Positions 20,320 through 28,714 of a stretch of DNA of 64,000 nucleotides are shown here, in pieces. The notes under the pieces are model-generated. The model was given only the letters and a program-made list of their open reading frames with translations. It did not search any database and was not told the DNA's origin. The DNA comes from an uncultured Chloroflexia bacterium (GTDB lineage Bacteria; Chloroflexota; Limnocylindria; Limnocylindrales; CSP1-4). How positions within the stretch are numbered: the stretch's first letter is position 1; each line of letters opens with the position of its first letter. Location of the stretch: assembly GCA_963707215.1 (NCBI GenBank), contig CAVPPB010000001.1:352001-416000 (forward strand), given 5' to 3'. The position numbers and the translations under genes were made by a program.

Positions 20320-20967
20320 TCAGGACTCGCGGCGCTCCAGCACCAGGGTCTGCCAGAACCACCCTCGGTGCCGCGCCACCAGCGTCAGACCGGCCGCGGT
20401 CGCGGCCCCTACGACCGCCTCGGTCCGGTGGACATGGACCCGGAAGGGATCGCGCCGGATGGCGGACCAGGCATTGCTCAGGGCGACGCCCAGGCGGATC
20501 CAGGCGTCGTCACGGGGCACGACGATCCCGAGTCGGCGACGGGCCCGAGCTGCGGCCAGGCCCACGAGTGCCGGCATGTCCGGGTAGCAGCAGATGACCC
20601 GGTCCAGGGCGACGAGATCGGCGGCCTCGAGCTCCTCGGCCAGGGTCACGGCATCGCCCTTGCGGTAGGTGACCCGGTCCGCCCAGCCACGCCGCTCGGC
20701 CTCGCTCCTGGCTGCCGCGAGGTACGGCCCCGAGGCATCGACGTCGACCGCTGACGCCGCACCGGCGTCCAGGAGCGCGTGATGGATGGCCCCGACGCCA
20801 CCGCCGATCTCGAGGACCGTCAGCCCGTCGACCCCATCGACCGCCAACGCCTCGATCAGGCGACGCGTCCAGCCCCGGGGCCCGTTCCGCCGGTAGTCGA
20901 GCAGGCGCTCACGAGCTCGAGGCTCGTCGAACTGGACGTCGTAGACAGTCTGCTCGCAGCAGTCCAT
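20320..20967 (-). CDS. Class I SAM-dependent methyltransferase
   Basis: VLEIGGGVG motif I, DVDAS and LDRVICCY; N-terminal MDCC. Confidence 0.85.
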   Translation of the reverse strand: MDCCEQTVYDVQFDEPRARERLLDYRRNGPRGWTRRLIEALAVDGVDGLTVLEIGGGVGAIHHALLDAGAASAVDVDASGPYLAAARSEAERRGWADRVTYRKGDAVTLAEELEAADLVALDRVICCYPDMPALVGLAAARARRRLGIVVPRDDAWIRLGVALSNAWSAIRRDPFRVHVHRTEAVVGAATAAGLTLVARHRGWFWQTLVLERRES

Positions 20968-21063
20968 GGGGCATCCTAGCCCGTCCCGCAGGCTGGGTCG
21001 AACCCTAGCGCCTCGCGAGCGGTACGCTCTGATGACCGACCGACCTCGCGGACGGAGCTGCCC

Positions 21064-22191
21064 TTGGGCCCGTACGTCATCCGGCGCCTGCTCGGCATGA
21101 TCCCGATGCTCCTGCTCGTCGCGGTCGTCGGCTGGGTGATCGTGCGCCTCTCGCCGTACGGGCCGCAGGGCCGGTTCGCCTTCTCGCGGATCCCCAACGA
21201 CGTCGTCGACGCGTGGCTCCGCGATCACTGCCTCGACCCTACGACCCGGATGGGGCCGCAGCTCGAGGCCACGACGAAGGAGTTCCTCGCCTACCTCGGG
21301 ATCTGGAACTGCCAGACCCAGAGCCCATTCACGGAGGCCGGTGGGCTCAACATCCTGCCCGAGGCGCTGGGCGGAGGGACGAACGGGCTGCTCCACCTCG
21401 ACTTCGGCCTCTCCATCGACTACCAGGAGCCCGTCATCGAGGTCGTCCTCGAGCGGCTCCCGATCACGCTGCTCCTGATGGTCCCGGCTCTTGTCTTCGC
21501 GGTCGTCGTCGCCGTGCTGCTCGGGGTCTTCCAGGCCCGCCGCGCGAGCTCGACCGAGGACCGGGCCCTCGAGATCCTGGCCTACCTAGCGCTGTCAGCC
21601 CCGGTCTTCTGGATCGCCAACATGCTGACGATCGTCTTCGGCTGGCAGCTGGGCTGGTTGCCGGTCCACGGGCTGGTCGACAACCTCCGCTTCCCGACCT
21701 TCGGAACCGATGCCTACTGGGCCGCGCTCGCCGCCGACCCGCTGGCCGTCGGCAGCGATCTGGTCGGCCACCTGATCATCCCGTGGACGGCGCTGTTGGT
21801 CGGGGCGGCGGCGATCGAGAGCCGCTTCGTCCGCAACAGCCTCCTGGAGCAGCTCGACGAGCCGTACATCCGGACCGCCTACGCGAAGGGCGCCACCGAG
21901 CACCGGGTCTTCTACCACCACGCCTTCCGGAACACGGCGACGGTCGTCCTGACGAGGGTCGGACTCCTCGTCCCGGTCATCTTCACCGGCTCGATCGTCA
22001 TCGAGCAGGCGTTCGCCATCAACGGGATGGGCCGGCTCATGCTGCAGGCGCTCCGCTCGATGGACGTCTACGTGGTCATGGGCCTGATCATCGTGGGCGG
22101 GGCCATCGTCCTCATCGTCAACCTGGTCACCGACCTGCTCTACGGCGTCGTGGATCCTCGCGTCCGGCATCCGGGCCGCTATCGGGTCTGA
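21064..22191 (+). CDS. Peptide/nickel ABC transporter permease (DppB/OppB), orphan
   Basis: YVIRRLL, LDFGLS, RLPITL, PVFW, EAA loop YIRTAYAKG..HAFRN and NLVTDLLYGVVDPR. Confidence 0.9.
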   Translation: MGPYVIRRLLGMIPMLLLVAVVGWVIVRLSPYGPQGRFAFSRIPNDVVDAWLRDHCLDPTTRMGPQLEATTKEFLAYLGIWNCQTQSPFTEAGGLNILPEALGGGTNGLLHLDFGLSIDYQEPVIEVVLERLPITLLLMVPALVFAVVVAVLLGVFQARRASSTEDRALEILAYLALSAPVFWIANMLTIVFGWQLGWLPVHGLVDNLRFPTFGTDAYWAALAADPLAVGSDLVGHLIIPWTALLVGAAAIESRFVRNSLLEQLDEPYIRTAYAKGATEHRVFYHHAFRNTATVVLTRVGLLVPVIFTGSIVIEQAFAINGMGRLMLQALRSMDVYVVMGLIIVGGAIVLIVNLVTDLLYGVVDPRVRHPGRYRV

Positions 22192-22200
22192 GTGAGGCGT

Positions 22201-22229
22201 TTGACAGGCTTGGCCGGGCCGACGATGCT
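22201..22229 (+). promoter_or_regulatory. Sigma70-type promoter TTGACA-17-GATGCT
   Basis: Perfect -35 hexamer with a 17-nt spacer, 170 nt or more upstream of a small Cys4 ORF. Confidence 0.5.
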
Positions 22230-22400
22230 GTGGCATATCGCCCGACGTGACGGCCGCTCGGTCACCGAGCCCCTTCCGCTCCACCAGCGAACGCCGCCCG
22301 GGCCCGACGCGCTCCGACCCCCTGACCGGTCGTGGGAGCGCCATAGCCGGGACCACCGCCCACCACGCGGTGATGATCCCGAGAGGAAGACCGACCCGAC

Positions 22401-22586
22401 ATGCTTTCGCGTTCCGCGACCATGAACGTCAGCCGACGTGCCACGTCGATGCGCCGCCAGCGGCGCCGAACCCACAACGCCCGGCTCTACTGCGCGACGA
22501 ACGGCTGCGCCAGCATCCTGGACCTGGATCCCGGGACCGGGCTGGCGACCTGCCGGATCTGCGGCTTCCGCCGCCGGCTCGACTGA
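22401..22586 (+). CDS. Small basic Cys4 zinc-ribbon protein (start may be 22422)
   Basis: Arg-rich N-terminus, C-x4-C...C-x2-C (YCATNGC...CRICG), GC3-rich codons and AGAGGA upstream. Confidence 0.6.
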   Translation: MLSRSATMNVSRRATSMRRQRRRTHNARLYCATNGCASILDLDPGTGLATCRICGFRRRLD

Positions 22587-22683
22587 CCCTGGGCGACCCC
22601 ACGGCTCTGGTGATCCGACGGATCCACCACGGCGGCGGGTGGTGCCCCGGCGCACCGGCTCTCGAGGTTCGTTGACGGCCCAC

Positions 22684-22710
22684 CAATCCATCTGCCCTTG
22701 TCCGCCCGAA
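22684..22710 (+). promoter_or_regulatory. Possible ECF (SigK-like) promoter CAATCC-N16-CCGAA
   Basis: Resembles the mycobacterial SigK consensus CCATCC-N15-CCGAA; lies upstream of a secreted DUF4397 gene. Confidence 0.35.
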
Positions 22711-22791
22711 GTAGGACTGAACCGAGCTTCGCCCGATGGACCGACGAACGGCCACGGACGCTCGAGCTGCATGACAAGGGAGTCAGACCCG

Positions 22792-23631
22792 ATGCACCGC
22801 CGCTTCGGCCGCCTCGCGGCCCTCCTCGGCGCCGGGGCCCTCGCCCTGGCCATCACCGCCCCGGTGTCCGCCGATGGCCACGAGGCCAAGGTCCGCGTCC
22901 TTCACGGCTCGCCGGACGCCCCGGCCGTCGACGTCAAGGTCGACGATGCCAACGTCCTCGAGAACGTCCCCTTCAAGGCGATCTCCGACTACCTGACCGT
23001 GCCCGCCGGCACCTACAACATCAAGGTCTGTGCCACCGGCACTGACACCTGCGTCATCGATGCCGACCTGACCTTCGAGGGCGGCAAGATGTACACGGTC
23101 GCTGCCACGAACCTGCTCGCCTCGATCGAGGCCCAGGTCATCGAGGATGCCCCGGCCCCCTCGGCTGACAAGGCTCAGGCCCGCGTCATCCACTTCTCGG
23201 CCGACACGCCCGCCGTCGACGTCCTCACCCAGGACGGCTCGGCCAAGGTCGTCGAGAACCTGGCCTACCCGAACGCCACCGGCTACCTGGACCTCGACCC
23301 CGGGTCTTACGACCTGAAGGTCTGCGCCAGCGCCGACAACGATGTCTGCCCCCTCGATCCGCCCGCCCTCGACCTGATGGCCGGCAACTCCTATAGCGTC
23401 TTCGCCGTCGGCTCGCTCGAGGGCCAGACCCTCGACGCCGTCGTCGCCGTCGATGCGACCTTCACGGCCACCCCGGCCCCCGAGGTCACCCCGCCCCCGA
23501 CCGACGCCCTCGGCACGACCGAGACCTCGAGCGGCACCGGCATCTTCGCCGCCCTCTCCGTCCTCGGCATCGCCGCCATCGGCGCCGTCGTGATGGGCCG
23601 CCGCCTGGCGACCCGCCGCGTCGAGAAGTAG
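22792..23631 (+). CDS. Secreted DUF4397 protein with C-terminal PPTD-TM-basic anchor
   Basis: Signal peptide ending APVSA, two VRVLHGSPDAPAVDV / ARVIHFSADTPAVDV repeats and AAGGGAG RBS. Confidence 0.88.
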   Translation: MHRRFGRLAALLGAGALALAITAPVSADGHEAKVRVLHGSPDAPAVDVKVDDANVLENVPFKAISDYLTVPAGTYNIKVCATGTDTCVIDADLTFEGGKMYTVAATNLLASIEAQVIEDAPAPSADKAQARVIHFSADTPAVDVLTQDGSAKVVENLAYPNATGYLDLDPGSYDLKVCASADNDVCPLDPPALDLMAGNSYSVFAVGSLEGQTLDAVVAVDATFTATPAPEVTPPPTDALGTTETSSGTGIFAALSVLGIAAIGAVVMGRRLATRRVEK

Positions 23632-23650
23632 CCCAACCCCTCCCCGTCTC

Positions 23651-23682
23651 CGAAGCCGGCCCGGCCCCCCGGGCCGGCTTCG
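23651..23682. terminator. Bidirectional terminator-like hairpin between convergent genes
   Basis: Perfect 14-bp stem cgaagccggcccgg / ccgggccggcttcg with a 4-nt loop. Confidence 0.75.
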
Positions 23683-23698
23683 CCGTTCCCGGCGACGA

Positions 23699-24208
23699 TC
23701 AGTCGCCGAACGGGATAGCAGGCCCCGAGCCGGACACCGCGCAACGCGTGCAGCCGCGAGCCCGCGCCCGCAGGCGCCAGACCAGCGTGACCGCCAGGAG
23801 GGCGACGGAGGCCGCTCCCAGGATCGGCTGGATCGGAGCGAACAGCTGGAGGGCCCCCGTGGTCCCGAGGAGCACGAGGACGATCTTGTTGCAGATGGGG
23901 CATCCGATGGCGAGGAAGGCGACGAGCCCGCCGAGGGTAAGACCGGCCTCGCCACCCGACCCCCGGTGCGGATCGGGTCCGCTTCGAGCATCAGGGGGCA
24001 CGAGCCAGTCGGCGATGAGCAGGCCGGCCAGGGCCGCCGAGGCGATCCAGACGGCATAGGCGAAGGGCTCGGCTTCGATCTGGCGTCCGAAGACCGGGTT
24101 CGGGATCAGGGCCGCGGGGATGCCGAGGAGAAGGAGTGTCCCGACCGACCCCAGGAGCGCCATCCACCAGAAGCGGGGCGTCAGGGTCGCCGCCAGCGCG
24201 CTCATCAC
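23699..24208 (-). CDS. Hypothetical membrane protein with GCPICNK and C-terminal CxxC motifs
   Basis: Four TM-like segments, LIPNPVFGR, AIGCPICNK, FAPIQP and CTRC. Confidence 0.75.
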   Translation of the reverse strand: MMSALAATLTPRFWWMALLGSVGTLLLLGIPAALIPNPVFGRQIEAEPFAYAVWIASAALAGLLIADWLVPPDARSGPDPHRGSGGEAGLTLGGLVAFLAIGCPICNKIVLVLLGTTGALQLFAPIQPILGAASVALLAVTLVWRLRARARGCTRCAVSGSGPAIPFGD

Positions 24209-24690
24209 GGGCGTTCCCCGGGCACGGGAGCCCGGCGTCGGTCCGTGGCGGCGTGGATCTCGGCGAGGTGCGCCAGCTCCGGGCCGATCCCGAGGCGCCT
24301 GCGATGCTGGACGCTCGTCGGGGCGAGCTGCTCCAGGTCGAGGACGAGCCGGTCATGCACCCGGACCAGTTCGGCGAGCTCGTTCCGGTCGCGCTCGCGG
24401 CCGAGCCGGGACGACCGGGCCGCCCGGTCCAGGATGGCCGCCCGTCGCTCGAGCAGGTCGCGGATCTCCACGTCGACCTGGATCCACGACGGAGCGAAGC
24501 CGTTCTGGCGCAGCAGGTGGTGACCGAGCGCCCACTCGGCATCGACGTCCTCATCCTGGACGGGCAGCCGCTGGCCCTGGAACGGAAGGTCGTCGAAGGC
24601 ACCCGCCTCCACCGCCTCGCGGAGCTGGCGGTCGACGAGGCTCTCCCAGGTGGGAGCGACCTGTCGGGCACCGGTGGCGTCGCGTCGCAT
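24205..24690 (-). CDS. DUF1992 domain protein
   Basis: WESLVDRQLREAVEAGAFDDLPFQGQRL..LLRQNGFAPSWI; ATGA overlap with the next gene. Confidence 0.85.
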   Translation of the reverse strand: MRRDATGARQVAPTWESLVDRQLREAVEAGAFDDLPFQGQRLPVQDEDVDAEWALGHHLLRQNGFAPSWIQVDVEIRDLLERRAAILDRAARSSRLGRERDRNELAELVRVHDRLVLDLEQLAPTSVQHRRRLGIGPELAHLAEIHAATDRRRAPVPGERP

Positions 24691-24875
24691 GGAGCTCACG
24701 CGACGATGGTACCGGGAGCCGCCGCGCGGCGGTCGTGATGGGTCCGGGGCTTCCGCGGGGGCGGGACTCGACCGAATGCCCGGCCGCGCACGCAGGTCCG
24801 CCGACGGGCGACGATCCGGAGGGCTCCCCGCCGGCGACTCACCGGACCGGCCCACCGACCGGCTAGGCTGCATCC

Positions 24876-27800
24876 GTGCAGCGGACCCGAGACGGCGACC
24901 TGGTCGCCAGCGCAACCGACCTCGTCGGCTTCCTTGCCTGCGACCACCTCACTACGCTCGAGCTGGGCGCCGCGGCCGGTCTCTGGGCACGTCCCCACCA
25001 GCGCGAGGATCCCGAGGTCCGGCTGCTCCAGGAGCGTGGCGAGGCCCACGAGCAGGCCTACCTGGAGCGCTTGCGGGCCGAGGACCGATCCGTCGTCGAG
25101 ATCGCCCGTCCCGAGCCCCGCACCCCGGACGGCTACCGCGCCGCCGAGGCGGCCACGCTCGAGGCGATGCGGGCCGGGGCCGGGGCCATCTACCAGGCGA
25201 CCCTCTTCGACGGCCGCTGGATCGGCTACGCGGACTTCCTCGTCCGCGTCGAGCGGCCCAGCCCGAGCCTGGGCGCCTGGAGCTACGAGGTCGCGGACAC
25301 CAAGCTGGCCCGATCGGTCAAGGCGGCCGCCATCCTCCAGGTCTGCAGCTACTCGGCCAGGCTCGCTGAGCTCCAGGGCCTCATCCCGGGCAGCGTCCAC
25401 GTCGTCACCGGTGAAGGGGCGTCGCACGCGCTCGCGCTGGACGATTTCGACGCCTACTTCCGGATGGTCCGGTCCCGCTTCGAGGCGGTCGTCTTCGGGG
25501 ACGGGGCAGAGTGGACGGCGAGCATCGCCGGCGGGTCGGCACCAGGAGGTCGACCGATCGCGCCCCGCGATCCCGTCACGGCCACCTCCTACCCGGACCC
25601 GGTCGACCATTGCCGGGTCTGTGCCTGGTTCCCGGTCTGCGTCGACCGGCGCCGGGCCGACGACCACCTGTCCCTGGTCGCCGGGATGACCCGGGCGGGG
25701 ACCGGAGCGCTCATGGCAGCGGACGTCCAGACCCTCGCCGACCTCGGTCGGCTGGACCCGAAGCGGACCGTGCCGGAAGTCGCCACGAGGACCCTCGAGC
25801 GACTCCGCGGGCAGGCACGGATCCAGCTCGAGGGTCGCGAGGCCGGGCGCTCCGAGCTCGACCCGCTCTGGGAGCGGATCCCACCCCGTCCCGACGAGCA
25901 GGGGCGCGGGCTGGCCCGGCTGCCTGAGCCGTCCCCGCTCGACGTGTTCTTCGACATCGAGGCGGACCCCTGGCTCGACGATGGTGGCCGCGAATACCTG
26001 CTTGGGGCGCTCTCGGTCGGCGAGGACGGCGCGCCCTGGTACCGGGCCCTGTGGGCCCACTCCCCGGCCCAGGAGCGGGCAGCGTTCGAGGCGTTCATCG
26101 ACGACGTCATGGACCGCCTCGAACACGACCCCAGGATGCACGTCTACCACTACGGCGGCTACGAGTCGGGGGCCATCAAGCGGCTGATGCAGCGCCACGC
26201 GACCCGGGAGGACGAGGTCGACCGACTGCTCCGCGGCGGCATCCTCATCGACCTCTACGGGGTCGTCCGTCAGGGCATCCGCGCCTCGGTCGAGTCGTAC
26301 TCGCTCAAGCAGGTCGAGCACCTCTTCGGCTTCGACCGAGAGGGCCGGGTGACCCGGGCCGGCTTCAGCGTCGTCGAGTACGAGGACTGGCTCCACGACG
26401 GCAGGCAGGTCCACCTCGACGACCTCGCCGCCTACAATCGCGACGACTGCCTGGCCACCCTCGGCCTGCGGGAGTGGCTCGAGGCGCGTCGCACCGAGGC
26501 GGTCGAAGAAGGTCTGGACCTGGCACGGCCCGAGAGCCTGGACCCTTCCCCGACAGAGGCCCAGGCGGCTCGCGATCAGGAGACACAGGCACGGGCCGAG
26601 GCCCTGCGTGCCGGTGTCCCGGAGGACCCGGCAGCGCGGACCCCTGACGAGGCGGCGCGATGGCTCCTCGCGGCCCTCCTCGACTACCACCGCCGCGAGG
26701 CCAAGCCCGAGTGGTGGCGCTGGTTCGAGCTCAAGGACCACCTGAGCGTCGAGGAGCTCGTCGTGGCCTCCGACGCGATCGGCGATCTGACCTGGATCGG
26801 CGACATCGGCCCGGAGAAGCGGAGCGTGCTCCAGCGGTTCGCGTTCCCTCCGCAGGACCATCGCTTCAAGGCAGGTGACGGCGCGGTCGACCCGCAGACG
26901 GGCTCGACCACGACGATCCACGAGATCGACGACGCGGGCGGCCAGCTCGTCCTCCGGCGTGGCCCGTCGGTCGCCGCCGACCACCCGACGGCCCTCATCC
27001 CGCCGAGCCCGATCCCGACCGAGGTCCAGCGACAGGCGCTCCTTCGGCTCGCCGACGACATCCTCGAGCGGGGCCTCGAGGCCGACGGGCGCTACCGGGC
27101 GGCGCGTGACCTGCTCCTCCGGATGCCGCCCCGGGTGGGGCGTCAATCGCTCCGGATCGACGGCGAGACGGCGGTCCAGGCTGGCCGTCGGCTCGTCCGG
27201 GCCCTCGATCGGTCGGCCCTGGCGGTCCAGGGCCCGCCTGGGACCGGCAAGACCTACACGGGAGCCCGGATGGTCCTCGAGGCGCTCGATGCCGGACTCG
27301 GCCCGGTCGGGGTCACCAGCCAGTCGCATCGGGCGATCGGCAACTTTCTGGAGAAGCTCGCGGAGGCCGCTCGCGAGGAGGGTCGATCGCTTCGGATCGT
27401 CCAGAAGGCCGGCGAGGACGACGCGGCCCACCACGTTGCCGGGGTCGAGGTGGTCGGGGGCAACGCCGACGTCGACGCGCGCCTGGCGGCCGGGACCGTT
27501 GACGTGGTGGCTGGCACGTCCTGGCTGCTCGCCCGTCCGGAGCTCGACGGCCGACTGGGGTTGCTCGTCGTCGACGAGGCCGGGCAGCTCGCCCTGGCCA
27601 CCGTCCTGGCGATGAGCGGAGCCGCCGCCTGCATCCTCCTGCTCGGCGATCCGAACCAGCTCGCCCAGGTCACCCAGGGGCTCCACCCCGACGGGGCCGC
27701 GGCATCAGCGCTGGGCCACGTCCTCGGCGGCGCCACGACCCTGCCCTCGGATCTCGGCCTGTTCCTCGACACGACCTGGCGACTCCATCCAGAGGTCAAC

Positions 27801-28406
27801 GCGTTCACCTCCCCGACCTTCTACGACGACCGTCTGGAGACGCACCCATCGAATGGGCTCCAGCGGGTCATCGCGCCGGCGCCTGCCGGCGGGGTCGGCA
27901 TCCGCTGGTGGCCGGTGCCCCACCTACGCAACGAGCAGCGCTCGCGAGAGGAGGCCGAGGTCGTCGCCGACCTGATCCTCGCGCTGATGGACGAGACCTG
28001 GGTCGACGCGAAGGGCCGCGAGCGGCCGATCGCCCTTGGGGATCTCCTCGTCGTGGCCCCGTATAACGCCCAGGTGGCGGCAGTCCAGCAGGCCATCGAA
28101 GATCGGCTCGGAGCGGTCCGCCGCGATCGGGTCGGCACGGTCGACAAGTTCCAGGGTCGCGAAGGGGCGGTGGCGGTCTACACGATGGCAGCGTCGTCGG
28201 CGGAGGACGCGCCCCGGGGGATGGACTTCCTGTACGACGTGCATCGGCTCAACGTCGCCACCTCGCGGGCCCGGGCGCTCGCGATCGTCGTCGCCAGCCC
28301 GACCCTGCTCGACGTGCGGGCACGGACACCCGACCAGATGCGGCTGGCCAACGCGTTCTGCCGCTTCGTCGAGCTGGCCGAGGCGCAGCGGAGCCAGGGC
28401 CGCTGA
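24876..28406 (+). CDS. TM0106 family RecB-like nuclease + RNase H-like + SF1 (Upf1/Dna2-like) helicase
   Basis: ADFLVR..EVADTKLA, HCRVCAWFPVC, FFDIEAD, YSLKQVE, YNRDDC, QGPPGTGKT, VDEAGQ, TVDKFQGRE and RLNVATSRA. Confidence 0.92.
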   Translation: MQRTRDGDLVASATDLVGFLACDHLTTLELGAAAGLWARPHQREDPEVRLLQERGEAHEQAYLERLRAEDRSVVEIARPEPRTPDGYRAAEAATLEAMRAGAGAIYQATLFDGRWIGYADFLVRVERPSPSLGAWSYEVADTKLARSVKAAAILQVCSYSARLAELQGLIPGSVHVVTGEGASHALALDDFDAYFRMVRSRFEAVVFGDGAEWTASIAGGSAPGGRPIAPRDPVTATSYPDPVDHCRVCAWFPVCVDRRRADDHLSLVAGMTRAGTGALMAADVQTLADLGRLDPKRTVPEVATRTLERLRGQARIQLEGREAGRSELDPLWERIPPRPDEQGRGLARLPEPSPLDVFFDIEADPWLDDGGREYLLGALSVGEDGAPWYRALWAHSPAQERAAFEAFIDDVMDRLEHDPRMHVYHYGGYESGAIKRLMQRHATREDEVDRLLRGGILIDLYGVVRQGIRASVESYSLKQVEHLFGFDREGRVTRAGFSVVEYEDWLHDGRQVHLDDLAAYNRDDCLATLGLREWLEARRTEAVEEGLDLARPESLDPSPTEAQAARDQETQARAEALRAGVPEDPAARTPDEAARWLLAALLDYHRREAKPEWWRWFELKDHLSVEELVVASDAIGDLTWIGDIGPEKRSVLQRFAFPPQDHRFKAGDGAVDPQTGSTTTIHEIDDAGGQLVLRRGPSVAADHPTALIPPSPIPTEVQRQALLRLADDILERGLEADGRYRAARDLLLRMPPRVGRQSLRIDGETAVQAGRRLVRALDRSALAVQGPPGTGKTYTGARMVLEALDAGLGPVGVTSQSHRAIGNFLEKLAEAAREEGRSLRIVQKAGEDDAAHHVAGVEVVGGNADVDARLAAGTVDVVAGTSWLLARPELDGRLGLLVVDEAGQLALATVLAMSGAAACILLLGDPNQLAQVTQGLHPDGAAASALGHVLGGATTLPSDLGLFLDTTWRLHPEVNAFTSPTFYDDRLETHPSNGLQRVIAPAPAGGVGIRWWPVPHLRNEQRSREEAEVVADLILALMDETWVDAKGRERPIALGDLLVVAPYNAQVAAVQQAIEDRLGAVRRDRVGTVDKFQGREGAVAVYTMAASSAEDAPRGMDFLYDVHRLNVATSRARALAIVVASPTLLDVRARTPDQMRLANAFCRFVELAEAQRSQGR

Positions 28407-28416
28407 GAGAGGTCCT

Positions 28417-28632
28417 CTAGGGGACCCGGCGCAGGACGAGCAGGCCGGCGAGGACCAGCACCGCGGCCCCGGCCGCAAGGACGACCGGCGGCAGGCCGGA
28501 GACGACCTGGGCGGTGTCGTTCACGAAGCCGGACGCCATCGCGAAGAAGTTGCCACCGGCATCGATCCCCCCGCCGCCTCCGCCGCCGGCGACTTCGGAC
28601 CCGGTCGAGACCCCATGGCCGTACTCGAGCAT
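28417..28632 (-). CDS. Small hypothetical membrane protein (Gly-rich N-terminus, C-terminal TM + RR)
   Basis: Fills the intergenic gap, has GC3-rich codons and TAGCAT exactly 6 nt before the ATG. Confidence 0.65.
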   Translation of the reverse strand: MLEYGHGVSTGSEVAGGGGGGGIDAGGNFFAMASGFVNDTAQVVSGLPPVVLAAGAAVLVLAGLLVLRRVP

Positions 28633-28714
28633 GGCCGCATGCTACGCCTGCCCTGCAAGGACCGTGGCGGCCAGGTCGACGGTCGACCCGTCGCCGCCCG
28701 TATCATCGGCGCCC

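Noticed and set aside
22240-22305. ZTP (pfl) riboswitch resemblance (gtgacggc...gccgcccgggc)
   Set aside because: The conserved GACUGGCG / CCACCGGGGAG / CGCCUGGGC elements do not match, and the downstream gene is not purine or folate related.
24876-25700. Cas4-like nuclease suggesting CRISPR-Cas
   Set aside because: It is the N-terminal domain of a TM0106 protein; no cas genes or repeat-spacer array are present.
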